Source: an uncultured Gammaproteobacteria bacterium (lineage in GTDB: Bacteria; Patescibacteriota; Microgenomatia; Levybacterales; GWA1-39-11). From it: DNA of 64,000 nt. Made by a program: the position numbers and the translations under genes. The stretch's first letter is position 1. Every line of letters begins with the position of its first letter. The stretch lies in assembly GCA_964425075.1 (NCBI GenBank), contig CAYRKM010000001.1, positions 705,793 to 769,792 on the forward strand, in the 5' to 3' direction. The notes beneath the pieces are model-generated. The model was not told the origin of the DNA, searched no databases, and saw nothing but the letters and a program-made list of their open reading frames with translations. Below are positions 9,622-19,525 of this stretch, one piece after another.

Positions 9622-10349
9622 AAAATAGCTCGTCACCAACATTGTCAATTATAATTCCTGCATATAACGAAGAAAATACAATAGGTGAGGTGCTTGATAA
9701 TCTTAAGAAGCTCGATTTTCTTTCAGGTTCTAGAGAATTTATCGTCGTAGACGATGGATCAAAAGATAATACTGCAAAAATTATTAAAGAGAAGAGCAAA
9801 AAAATATCTGAGATTAATTTTATCCAACACGAAAAAAATAAGGGAAAGGGTGCTGCCGTAAGAACAGGTATCCAAGCTTCAAAAGGGAAAGTTCTTATAG
9901 TTCAAGATGCTGATTTGGAGTACAGTCCAAGTGACATTCCTCGTTTGATTGAACCTATTCTTAAAAACAAAACTAAGGTTGTTTATGGGACAAGACTTCG
10001 TCAAAAACCTGTATTTTTTGGAAAAGACAAGACTCCTTTATTGTTAAATTTCTTTGGAAATAAATTTTTAAGTCTTGTAACCTCAGCGCTCTACGGTTCT
10101 TCAATTACCGATATGGAAACTGGATATAAGGCATTCTTAAGAACAGTTATTGAAGATATGAAGTTAAAGTCTCGTTCTTTTGATTTTGAACCTGAAATTA
10201 CTGCAAAAATACTTAAAAAAGGGATAAAAATTTTGGAACTTGATATAAAAGTGAATCCAAGAGGGTACGATGAGGGAAAAAAGATTGATGTTAGAAAAGA
10301 TGGTGCTATCGCCCTTTGGACGCTTATTAAATATAGATTTATAAATTAA
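9618..10349 (+). CDS. GT2, polyprenyl-phosphate sugar synthase type (Ppm/DPM1/GtrB/ArnC-like)
   Basis: 243 aa. LSIIIPAYNEENTIGEVL...VVDDGSKDNT...VQDADLEY is the signature of Dpm1-like enzymes that load sugars onto polyprenyl phosphate. Confidence 0.7.
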   Translation: MKNSSSPTLSIIIPAYNEENTIGEVLDNLKKLDFLSGSREFIVVDDGSKDNTAKIIKEKSKKISEINFIQHEKNKGKGAAVRTGIQASKGKVLIVQDADLEYSPSDIPRLIEPILKNKTKVVYGTRLRQKPVFFGKDKTPLLLNFFGNKFLSLVTSALYGSSITDMETGYKAFLRTVIEDMKLKSRSFDFEPEITAKILKKGIKILELDIKVNPRGYDEGKKIDVRKDGAIALWTLIKYRFIN

Positions 10350-10352
10350 TGC

Positions 10353-11855
10353 ATGTCGCGTCCTACTTCTTCATGGACAGTTGCCTTTATTAGAAATAAT
10401 TTACCGCTTATTGCTATTCTTTTTTTGGGAGCAATACTTCGTTTTTATAATTACCCCGACAGATGGGGAATTGCATATGACCAGGCTTGGTTTGCCACTA
10501 TTGCCCACTATGCATTAGATACTTATCAATTACCATTACTTGGACCTTTCGCCTCTGGTGGGCCTTTCCAAACTGGCGGTGAGTGGTTTTGGGTTTTAAT
10601 GCTAGGGATTGCCCCTTTCCCTTACGTAGTAAATGCCCCCTGGATTTTTTTAACGGTACTTTCAGTAGTCCAAATTTTTGTTAGCTATGTTTTGGGTGTT
10701 GTTTACAAAAATAAATCATTTGGGCTTCTTCTCGCATTTCTTTGTGCAATTTCCTCCACACTAGTTTTGCAGTCAACAAATCTTACGAACCAAATGCTTA
10801 TATCAATGATTTCAACTGTATTTCTCATATTCTCCATTTTATACTTAAGAATCCCAAAAATATCCACACTTTTTTATGCAAGTTTATGTGTTGGTTTAGC
10901 TTCGGCAATGCATTTTCAGGGGGTTATTCTTCTTCCCGCGCTTTTTTTATTAATTTTAGTTAGTAAGTCTTTTCAATTTAAAAGAATTGTTACAGTAATT
11001 TTGGGAGTTGTTGTGCCCTGGTTGCCGGTGCTATACGTTGATACGCAAAATAATTTTTTTAACACAATAAATATTCTTACATATTATAAAAATCCCCAGA
11101 GCCAAGCTTCATATGAAGTTTTAGGAAGAAGATGGCTAACATTTATTTTCGACTATATACCGACATCGTGGGGATATGTAGTGGGGGGGAATAGGTGGAT
11201 GGGGTATTTAGAGGTTACTCTTGTAAGTTTATTAGTTTTAAAAAAATTCATAAAAAGGAAGATTACTAAGGAGTTTCTTTTTGTAATTTCAACAATTGCA
11301 ACTCTAACTATAGTTCTTAGATATCTAAAAATTCCTCTTTACGAAAATTACATAAACTTCCTGCACCCATTTATATTTCTTGTGGTTGCATTAAGTGTCT
11401 TTTTTATATTTAGATTTAGCAAGATTTTAGGTATAGGATTTATTTGTCTTATTGCAATTTTCAGTTTTCAAAGGATTAATGAAAACGTCTCAATAAGTAC
11501 GAATACAACAGCAACTCAAAGCGCAGAGCTTGCAAAGATCCTAAAGGGAAAATATCCAGGCGAGAAATTTGCCATTTATGACTTTGGAGATTCTCAAGGT
11601 CATCGTTCTATGCCGCTTTCATATTACTTATTGGTTGATGGACTTGCAGATAGCTCTGGAAGAAAAATAGGTTTGGCAGCAGCAACTATTGGAGGACAAC
11701 TAGAATTTCAGTCACACAAATTAATATTTGGTGAGTTTGGCAAGAGTCAAATATTTGATTTATCCAGTTCATCAGAGGCAGAGCTCCTTCATTCTGGATG
11801 GAATGATAGGAGTCCTGAGCATGTTTATAATTCTGTTCAAAATTGGTATAAATAA
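10353..11855 (+). CDS. Polytopic membrane protein, GT-C-like; distant paralog of 15181, 16687 and 17969
   Basis: 500 aa, at least 10 predicted TM segments. A WGIAYDQAW acidic motif follows TM1 and is shared with the downstream paralogs. Confidence 0.5.
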   Translation: MSRPTSSWTVAFIRNNLPLIAILFLGAILRFYNYPDRWGIAYDQAWFATIAHYALDTYQLPLLGPFASGGPFQTGGEWFWVLMLGIAPFPYVVNAPWIFLTVLSVVQIFVSYVLGVVYKNKSFGLLLAFLCAISSTLVLQSTNLTNQMLISMISTVFLIFSILYLRIPKISTLFYASLCVGLASAMHFQGVILLPALFLLILVSKSFQFKRIVTVILGVVVPWLPVLYVDTQNNFFNTINILTYYKNPQSQASYEVLGRRWLTFIFDYIPTSWGYVVGGNRWMGYLEVTLVSLLVLKKFIKRKITKEFLFVISTIATLTIVLRYLKIPLYENYINFLHPFIFLVVALSVFFIFRFSKILGIGFICLIAIFSFQRINENVSISTNTTATQSAELAKILKGKYPGEKFAIYDFGDSQGHRSMPLSYYLLVDGLADSSGRKIGLAAATIGGQLEFQSHKLIFGEFGKSQIFDLSSSSEAELLHSGWNDRSPEHVYNSVQNWYK

Positions 11856-11880
11856 TCAATAAGATTTATTCTGCAAGACT

Positions 11881-13524
11881 ATGTTTAAAAAAGTTTTTGG
11901 CTCTACAAAGTATTTGCTTGTGTTAATTTTTCTTCTTGCAGGAGTTCTACGAATATGGGGAATTGGACACCTTCCCCCTTCGCTTACTTGGGATGAGGTA
12001 GCATGGGGCTACAATGCTTATACATTAGGAATTGATGGAAAGGATGAGTTTGGACGATTACTGCCATATGAATACTTAGAGTCATTTGGCGATTTCAAGC
12101 CACCTTTATATGCGTATTTAGATATTATTCCTATAAAAATATTTGGGCTGACTGAATTTGCCGTCAGACTACCTTCAGCAATATTTGGAACTTTGACTGT
12201 ACTTTTAACATATTTTCTAGTCAGAGAAATTTTTTACTCTTCTAAAAGAAGAGAGTTTTATGCATTGCTTTCAACAGTAATCATGGCATTTTCTCCCTGG
12301 CATATAAATTTGTCCAGGGCTGCATTTGAAGCAAATGTTGCCTCTTTCTTCCTAATTTTTGGTGTTTTTGCATTCCTAATAGCTACCAGACGAAATATTT
12401 GGCTTCTAATTCTATCATCAACCTCTTTTGCTCTTTCTTTTTATGTTTTTAATACATCCCGTATAGTAGCTCCACTTTTGGTGATTGTGCTTGCTCTTTT
12501 TTTCTTTAAAAAACTTACAAAAAATCTGTTACCAACAATTGTAGCAATTGTTGTTGGTGTAGCATTGTTGTTGCCATTGGTGAATTTTCTCCTTTCACCT
12601 CAAGCAAGTCTTAGGTTTAGAGAGGTGAATATTTTTACAGATGAAAATGTAGTCAAGACTGCAAACCAGGAAATACTAAACGACAATAATTCTCCGTTTA
12701 GTAAGATACTGCATAATAGAAGGCTTAAATATGCTATTTCATTTACTACACATTATTTAGACAATCTTAATCCTTCATTCCTATTTATCAAGGGAGACGG
12801 TAACCCAAAGTTTTCAACGAGAGATGTCGGTCAGTTGTACCTTTGGTGTCTTCCTTTTCTTCTTATTGGGTCTGTTATGTTGTTTAGGAAACGTGAAGGT
12901 AGGTGGTGGATTGTACCTTTTTGGTTATTTCTTGGAATAATTCCTGCAGCAACTGCAAGGGAAACGCCCCACGCACTTCGTATAGAGACAGTTCTTCCCA
13001 CCTTGCAAATAGTTGTTGCCTATGGGGCAGTGACAGCATATTTTTATCTGAAAGAGCACCTTAAGAAAAATATCTTTAGAGCAGTTATTTTCATTTTAGT
13101 ATTTTCATATCTTCTTAATGTGACTTATTATCTTTATGGATATTATGTGCATTATGCACGCGAACAATCTGGTGAATGGCAGTATGGATATAAAGAAGCA
13201 TTAAGTTTTACAAGAGAAAATGAAAACAATTTTAATGATATTTACTTTACTACAGTTTTAGGTAGACCCTACATCTACTATCTTTTTTATGGAAAAATCG
13301 AGCCGACTTATTTTAGAGAAAATTCGACAGTTGAACGAGACGCTTTCGGTTTTGTAAATGTTTCAAGAGTTGGGAAATACCATTTTTTAAGTGATGCAAA
13401 AATGAGAGAACACAAGAATGCCCTTTATGTTGGGCAAACGACTGATATTCCTAAGAATGCAATTATTTTAAAAACAATTTATAAATTAAATAGTGAGAGC
13501 GCACTTGTTATCTATAAGTTCTAA
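11881..13524 (+). CDS. ArnT/PMT_2-like glycosyltransferase (GT39/GT83-type GT-C)
   Basis: 547 aa. LTWDEVAWGYNAY (the DE motif of the first loop) and DFKPPLYAYL (the xPPL motif) resemble PMT_2/ArnT-family proteins. Confidence 0.65.
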   Translation: MFKKVFGSTKYLLVLIFLLAGVLRIWGIGHLPPSLTWDEVAWGYNAYTLGIDGKDEFGRLLPYEYLESFGDFKPPLYAYLDIIPIKIFGLTEFAVRLPSAIFGTLTVLLTYFLVREIFYSSKRREFYALLSTVIMAFSPWHINLSRAAFEANVASFFLIFGVFAFLIATRRNIWLLILSSTSFALSFYVFNTSRIVAPLLVIVLALFFFKKLTKNLLPTIVAIVVGVALLLPLVNFLLSPQASLRFREVNIFTDENVVKTANQEILNDNNSPFSKILHNRRLKYAISFTTHYLDNLNPSFLFIKGDGNPKFSTRDVGQLYLWCLPFLLIGSVMLFRKREGRWWIVPFWLFLGIIPAATARETPHALRIETVLPTLQIVVAYGAVTAYFYLKEHLKKNIFRAVIFILVFSYLLNVTYYLYGYYVHYAREQSGEWQYGYKEALSFTRENENNFNDIYFTTVLGRPYIYYLFYGKIEPTYFRENSTVERDAFGFVNVSRVGKYHFLSDAKMREHKNALYVGQTTDIPKNAIILKTIYKLNSESALVIYKF

Positions 13525-13525
13525 T

Positions 13526-15178
13526 ATGATTAAAGATTTAGTTGAAGGAAAAAAAATGACTTTAATAATTTTTGCGATTATTATTCTTTTAGGATCTATA
13601 TTGCGTCTGTGGCAATTGGGAAATACGCCACCATCACTAAATTGGGACGAGGTTGCTTTAGGATATGACGCATACTCTATTTTTGAAACGGGGAGAGATG
13701 AATTTAGTGCAAAGTTCCCAATAATACTTCGTTCATTCGACGATTATAAGCCAGCTCTTTATGCGTATTTAATAATTCCAGCTTATAAAGCTTTTGGACT
13801 CAATGAATTTGCAGTAAGATTGCCTTCAGCTTTCTTTGGAATATTAACTCTAATTAGCGTTTTCTATTTATCAAAGAAACTCTTTAACCGGAATGATTTA
13901 GCGCTTCTAGTTATGCTAATTCTTGCGATATCTCCTTGGCATATTCAGTTTTCACGGGTTGCCTTTGAATCTAATGTGGGTTTAGCTTTCAATGTGTTTG
14001 CCGCAACCCTTTTTCTTTATAGTTTCAAACGTCCTTATCTTTTAATTATTGCGGCCATTATGGCAGGATTGAGTCTTCACACGTATCAAAGTGAAAAAGT
14101 ATTTACTCCTCTTTTTATGCTTGGAATATCAGTTATTTATCTAAAGGATTTGCTGAGAATTCCACGAAAATATCTTATTGGTGCTGTTTTTGCAGGACTT
14201 ATTGTCATACTCCCATTATTAATTTATATAGTTAACGACCAAAATGCACTTCTTAGGGCAAAGGGTACAAGTATTTTTAGCAACAATACCGTTTTATTAA
14301 AGGAGAATGCCAAACGAAACGAATATAACATAACAGCAAATAATCCTTTGGGAAGAATTCTTGATAATAGACGAATTGTTTATGCTAAAAGCATTGCAAA
14401 TGGATATTTATCTCATTTTGACCCGAATTGGCTTTTGAAGGGAGATATTGGTCGTCACCATGCACCAGAAATGGGCCTTATATATCTGTGGGAATTGCCA
14501 ATTATATTGTTTGGTATATACATATTATTATTCTCAAAATTTGATAAAAAGACAAAATACCTCATTTTCTTTTGGTTTGCTCTAGCACCTGTTCCTGCTT
14601 CAGTTACACAAGAAGTTCCACATGCAGTAAGAACCCTTAATTTTTTACCAACATGGCAAATATTTACTGCTCTTGGTTTGTGGGGCGCAATCATATTTTT
14701 ACGAACATTAAATATTTCAAAAATTTACAAAGCGACAATTCTCGGTTTAGTTGGGGCATTTATTGTTTTTAACTTTGTTTATTACCTGAATCAATATTTC
14801 GTTCAGCAGAATTATTTTAGCGCGCAAGATTGGATATATGGACATAAACAGATGATTTCTGAAGTCTTAAAAAGAGAGAAAAAGTTTGAAAAAATTGTTA
14901 TATCAGATGATAGACCCATGGATAAATCATATATGTTTTATTTGTTTTTTTCTAAATATCCTCCCGAAAAGTACCAGCAAACAAAATCTCCATCAGGAAA
15001 TTTCAAGACTCATCAGAAGTTTGGTAAATACGAATTTCGTCCAATTAATTGGGTAGAGGATAGTGGCAAAAAGAACGTATTGTTTGTTGGTAACCCTTGG
15101 GAGATTGATAAAAGAGATGTTGTATTTACAGTTTATTATCCAAATGGCGAACCTGCGATGGTTATGGCCGAAAATTAA
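13526..15178 (+). CDS. ArnT/PMT_2-like glycosyltransferase; tandem paralog of 11881..13524
   Basis: LNWDEVALGYDAY and DYKPALYAYL motifs. The start was moved to the ATG at 13526, just after the upstream stop; the ORF track gives an upstream-extended 13493. Confidence 0.65.
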   Translation: MIKDLVEGKKMTLIIFAIIILLGSILRLWQLGNTPPSLNWDEVALGYDAYSIFETGRDEFSAKFPIILRSFDDYKPALYAYLIIPAYKAFGLNEFAVRLPSAFFGILTLISVFYLSKKLFNRNDLALLVMLILAISPWHIQFSRVAFESNVGLAFNVFAATLFLYSFKRPYLLIIAAIMAGLSLHTYQSEKVFTPLFMLGISVIYLKDLLRIPRKYLIGAVFAGLIVILPLLIYIVNDQNALLRAKGTSIFSNNTVLLKENAKRNEYNITANNPLGRILDNRRIVYAKSIANGYLSHFDPNWLLKGDIGRHHAPEMGLIYLWELPIILFGIYILLFSKFDKKTKYLIFFWFALAPVPASVTQEVPHAVRTLNFLPTWQIFTALGLWGAIIFLRTLNISKIYKATILGLVGAFIVFNFVYYLNQYFVQQNYFSAQDWIYGHKQMISEVLKREKKFEKIVISDDRPMDKSYMFYLFFSKYPPEKYQQTKSPSGNFKTHQKFGKYEFRPINWVEDSGKKNVLFVGNPWEIDKRDVVFTVYYPNGEPAMVMAEN

Positions 15179-15180
15179 CA

Positions 15181-16686
15181 ATGAAAATAACTCCCTTTTT
15201 AAGTAGTAAGAAATTTGGATATTTAACTTTTTTTGTTATATTGTTTTTTGCTATTTTTTTAAGGTTCCAGGGGGTTATCACCAACTCATTTCCATTTACT
15301 TATGACATTGGGCGAGACCTTATTACGGCTCGTGAAATTGCTACCCTCCAAAAAATCCCTCTGATTGGACAAACGACAGGATTACCCGGATTGTTTTACG
15401 GCCCAAGTTGGCACTATATACTTGCGTTTTTTTACCACCCTCTACAAGGAGACCCGCAATTTTTTACAGGACTAATTAATGCTACTGGAGTTATCATGGT
15501 CTCTTTAGCCTATTTTTTGGGAAAAAAAATTGGAGGAACAGTTTTGGCAATATCTTGGTCCGGTCTTCTTGCAGTCTCTCCTGCTGTTATTGCATTAACA
15601 AGTCAAATATGGAATCCAGACCTTATTCCTATTTTTTGGATAGGAACATACATATCTCTTTATTTTATTTATAAGAATCGAAAACCACAACTTAACTTCT
15701 TTGTTTTGGGGGTATTAATGGCATTAATTATAGATATGGAAATAGTAGTGGGACTTTTATATGCAGCCGGCATATTTTTAAGTGTAATTATTTTAGGAAA
15801 AAAGTTTTTTTCTATTAAAAAAGTATTATTGTGTGTGTTGGGATTTTTAATCATAATGTCTCCTCGTTTTATATTTGACTTTCGTCATGACAATGTACTT
15901 AGTAGGACCTTAATAAATGGCTTATTGCAGATGTTTGTTAGGGGAGGGGATGGAAGCCCAACAACTCCGTTTTCCCAAAAGGCACTTGCTATTTTTTCTA
16001 TTTGGAATGAAACCTTTACCAGTGGGAATGTAATTCTCGGAGGAATAATGTTAGCAACCGTTTTGTTATTGACGATTATTTTGTTTAGAAAAACAAATAG
16101 CACAATTAAATTCTTTTTAACAACAACCATCGTTACAATTAGTATTTCTATAATTGGTTTATTCTTATTTGGACATGAAATTTGGAATCATTATTTAGTT
16201 ATGTTCCCAGTGTTATTTGTTACTTGGCTGGCCGTAGTGATAACAATGGTTGGTTCTGTAAAGAAATACCGAATAAGCGCATTACTGTTTGCCTTTATAC
16301 TTATTGTTCTAAATATAAATTTACCCCAACAATATAAAAATTTGACAACTCCTCTTTGGGAGGGTGATGCTGCTGTTTACAGAAACCAAGTAAAAGTAGT
16401 TGATTACATTTATGAAAAAGCAAATAAAAATCCTTTTAAGTTTATTGTTTACACTCCCCCAGTACACGACTATACTTATGAATACTTATTCAATTGGTAT
16501 GGCCCAAAGAAATATGGATACACGCCAAACGAGTCATCTAAGTTGTTTTTTGTAATTTTAGAACCTGATAACGAACAACCCCAACGTCTTAAAGATTGGT
16601 TAAAGGTGAGAGAAAATGATGGGGAAACAATTGAAGTTTCAAAAGTTACAGGGGGGATTGTTGTTCAGACGAGGAAAGTACAGTAA
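15181..16686 (+). CDS. Polytopic membrane protein, GT-C-like (paralog group B)
   Basis: 501 aa. FTYDIGRDLITAREIA...LIGQTTGLPGLFYGPSWHY aligns with 17969 (FGFDHGREYLMVRDIV...LIGTQLGAGSAGIQGIFHGPGYYY). Confidence 0.5.
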   Translation: MKITPFLSSKKFGYLTFFVILFFAIFLRFQGVITNSFPFTYDIGRDLITAREIATLQKIPLIGQTTGLPGLFYGPSWHYILAFFYHPLQGDPQFFTGLINATGVIMVSLAYFLGKKIGGTVLAISWSGLLAVSPAVIALTSQIWNPDLIPIFWIGTYISLYFIYKNRKPQLNFFVLGVLMALIIDMEIVVGLLYAAGIFLSVIILGKKFFSIKKVLLCVLGFLIIMSPRFIFDFRHDNVLSRTLINGLLQMFVRGGDGSPTTPFSQKALAIFSIWNETFTSGNVILGGIMLATVLLLTIILFRKTNSTIKFFLTTTIVTISISIIGLFLFGHEIWNHYLVMFPVLFVTWLAVVITMVGSVKKYRISALLFAFILIVLNINLPQQYKNLTTPLWEGDAAVYRNQVKVVDYIYEKANKNPFKFIVYTPPVHDYTYEYLFNWYGPKKYGYTPNESSKLFFVILEPDNEQPQRLKDWLKVRENDGETIEVSKVTGGIVVQTRKVQ

Positions 16687-17988
16687 ATGAAAAAAAATAG
16701 GGAAAATTTTTTGGCAAGAATTCATAAATACATAATGGCGAATCCGCTAATAGTCTTGGTTTTGGCTATTTTTATTGTAGCTATATTCCTTCGTTTTTTT
16801 GAGATCAATGAAAGAACACCTTTTGGTTGGGACCAGGTGGATAATGCTTGGGCTGCGGCAAGGCTAATTTCAGAAGGGCAGTTCCCCCTTTTGGGTATGC
16901 AGGCAAAAGGGAATAGTGGGGTATTTATTGGTCCTTTCTATTATTATTTTGTTTCAATTTTCTATTTCATTACCAATCTTGATCCGATTGCCGCAGGAAT
17001 TATTGCTGGAGTAACCAGCATTTTTTCACTTCTCGTCATTTTTTATGTGACAAAAAGGATATTCTCAGTAGGCGTTGCCATTATTGCGATATTTATTAAT
17101 ACTGTTTCTACTACTGCTATTATCTCAGAACGCTCCCAGTGGCCTGTAAATTTCATACCAGTAATTGCACTTCTTACTCTCTATTCTCTTTATGAAATAT
17201 CGAGGGGAAAAAGTAGGTATATTCTACTGCTTGCCCTTGTATTTGGGTTTTCATTTCATATTCATTTTACGTCGCTATATTATCCGATTATTTTTTTGCT
17301 CATGCTACCATTCTTTCCAAGAAATAAAGAAATGGTAAGGTATTCGTTATTTGGGTTACTGATTCTTATTCCCTTTTTTATTCCAACAGCAATTGCTTTT
17401 GCTTCAAGCATTCAAGATTCTGCAAGAATTGCAACTTATGGACAAAGTTATTTTCATGGGTTTCATTTAAGACGCGTAATGCAATTAACTGGTGACGCCG
17501 TTATTCAGTTTGGTCCATATTTAAAGTATGATTTTTTACGACCTTTTCAATTCATTCTTCTACCATTATTTATTTTTGTTTATCTTTACAAAAAATTAAA
17601 ACGTGAAAGAATAATTCTATGCTATCTATTCTTACTTTTTTTCATTGTTCCTTGGTTGGTTCTCTCAACATATAGTGGAGAACTTACAGATTATTATTTT
17701 TCAGTTTCAAAATTTGTTGCTCTTATTATAATTTCTTATCTCATATATAGAGTTTTCTCAATAAGATTAGTTTTTGTAAAAATTATTGTTGTAATTCTGC
17801 TTATTGCATATGGCGTTTTAAATATTAGAGACTATTTTATTAGTGATAAAAGTAATTCGTTAAATGTGCATAGAGCAAGAACGCTAGAAAAAATAGAAAA
17901 AAAGGAATTTGTTGAGTATCAAGATGGGGTTCCCGAAGTATATTTATATTATTATTACATGAGACAAAATGGAAAAAAAGTTTATTAA
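16687..17988 (+). CDS. Polytopic membrane protein, GT-C-like (paralog group B)
   Basis: 433 aa. FGWDQVDNAWAAARLI...PLLGMQAKGNSGVFIGPFYYY. The start codon directly abuts the upstream stop (TAAATG). Confidence 0.5.
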   Translation: MKKNRENFLARIHKYIMANPLIVLVLAIFIVAIFLRFFEINERTPFGWDQVDNAWAAARLISEGQFPLLGMQAKGNSGVFIGPFYYYFVSIFYFITNLDPIAAGIIAGVTSIFSLLVIFYVTKRIFSVGVAIIAIFINTVSTTAIISERSQWPVNFIPVIALLTLYSLYEISRGKSRYILLLALVFGFSFHIHFTSLYYPIIFLLMLPFFPRNKEMVRYSLFGLLILIPFFIPTAIAFASSIQDSARIATYGQSYFHGFHLRRVMQLTGDAVIQFGPYLKYDFLRPFQFILLPLFIFVYLYKKLKRERIILCYLFLLFFIVPWLVLSTYSGELTDYYFSVSKFVALIIISYLIYRVFSIRLVFVKIIVVILLIAYGVLNIRDYFISDKSNSLNVHRARTLEKIEKKEFVEYQDGVPEVYLYYYYMRQNGKKVY

Positions 17989-19513
17989 AAAAGAGTCACG
18001 TTCATTTGAAAAATGGCAAGCTTATGCAAAGCGGGTTATTGTAGTTGTGGGAATTCTTTTAATAGCCTTGGGTATTTTGATGAGGGCAACTGAGGTAATT
18101 AACAAAAATTATGTTTTTGGATTTGATCATGGGAGAGAGTACCTAATGGTAAGAGATATTGTTGAAAACAAAGACCTTCGACTTATTGGAACGCAGCTTG
18201 GGGCAGGGTCTGCTGGCATACAGGGAATTTTCCATGGACCTGGTTACTATTATTTTCTAGCAATCCCCTACATATTGTTTAGTGGTGATCCGTATGGTGG
18301 AGTAGTGTTAATGTTTGTATTTGGACTTGGAGCAATTTTTCTAAGTTTTTTGATTGGTAAAAAGTCATTTGGAACCATAGGTGGAATAATACTCGCTACA
18401 TTCATTGCACTTTCCCCACCAATTATTGCACAGTCCAGATTTTTCTGGAGTCCATTTCCTTCTACTTTTTTTGCCCTCATTGCATTTTACTTTGTTTATC
18501 AAATTAGGAAAAATTACAAATATGCATTTTTTGCTTCTTTTTTCTCTGCTTTTGTTTATCACTTTGAATTCGCAATTGCGGTTCCCCTACTTATCGCATT
18601 GTTTTTTTATTCTTTAGTTGTTCTTAAGATAAATAACATTAAGCATTACGGAGTAATGTTTTTGGGAGCAATAATTGCCGCGTTACCAGCGATTATCTTT
18701 GAAGTAAGGCATAATTTTATGGCAATTAGAGGTGCCTTTAGCTATGTTGCCTCTCCTGTAAGAGATTCTCATGCACCCAGTTTTTTACAAAATCAAATTG
18801 ATCATTTTGGAGCGTTCATTCTTAATTTTTCTGATACATTTCCAAATAGAGAACTTTTTCCGCCTTTATTTCTTTTTGTCTTAATTTCTGTTCCATTATT
18901 TATTTATATAGCTAAAGAAAAAGATAAGAGCATCAGGCAATTCGTCATTTATTTATTAATTCTTACGGCAATAACTTTTGTTTCATTTATGCCCTTAAGA
19001 AACGCTGTTTATCAATACTACCTATTTCATTTAGTTGTTGTGTATTCATTCTTTTGTACATACATTCTTGTAAAATCCTTTAAAAAAGATAAAGCAATTT
19101 TTGCAATATTTTCTGTAGTTATGCTTCTATATATAATTACCTCTGTTCCCAAGTTCATCCAAACATTTAAATACGACATTGATGATTATGGAGGAATTGC
19201 AAAAATAGAGGGCAAGGTGGATGCAATTGATTATATATTTGCTGACGCAAAGGGCGAAAAATTTGGCTTATTAGTATTTTCGCCACCTGTTTATACTTAT
19301 CCCTACGACTATATTATTTTATGGAGACAAAATCGGTATAATTACTTTCCTCACCAATCAAAAAAAGGTGTATTTTATTTATTGATAGAAAAGGATCCCG
19401 ATAAGCCCTGGTCTTATAAAGGTTGGTTGGAAACCGTTATTAAGAGTGGGAGGGTAATAAAAGAAGTGACGCTTCCAAGTGGATTTATTATCCAGAAAAG
19501 AATAGAAGAATGA
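17969..19513 (+). CDS. Polytopic membrane protein, GT-C-like (paralog group B)
   Basis: 514 aa. Its C-terminal soluble tail (FSPPVYTYPYDYII...) mirrors the 15181 tail (YTPPVHDYTYEYLF...). Confidence 0.5.
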   Translation: MEKKFIKKESRSFEKWQAYAKRVIVVVGILLIALGILMRATEVINKNYVFGFDHGREYLMVRDIVENKDLRLIGTQLGAGSAGIQGIFHGPGYYYFLAIPYILFSGDPYGGVVLMFVFGLGAIFLSFLIGKKSFGTIGGIILATFIALSPPIIAQSRFFWSPFPSTFFALIAFYFVYQIRKNYKYAFFASFFSAFVYHFEFAIAVPLLIALFFYSLVVLKINNIKHYGVMFLGAIIAALPAIIFEVRHNFMAIRGAFSYVASPVRDSHAPSFLQNQIDHFGAFILNFSDTFPNRELFPPLFLFVLISVPLFIYIAKEKDKSIRQFVIYLLILTAITFVSFMPLRNAVYQYYLFHLVVVYSFFCTYILVKSFKKDKAIFAIFSVVMLLYIITSVPKFIQTFKYDIDDYGGIAKIEGKVDAIDYIFADAKGEKFGLLVFSPPVYTYPYDYIILWRQNRYNYFPHQSKKGVFYLLIEKDPDKPWSYKGWLETVIKSGRVIKEVTLPSGFIIQKRIEE

Positions 19514-19525
19514 TACAATATAGAT

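Noticed and set aside
13493-13525. Upstream-extended starts from the ORF track (13493, 28644, 62257) that overlap the preceding gene by 30-90 nt
   Set aside because: In each case an in-frame ATG sits exactly at or just after the upstream stop (13526, 28686, 62347) and matches the family-typical N-terminus. The shorter starts were therefore preferred.
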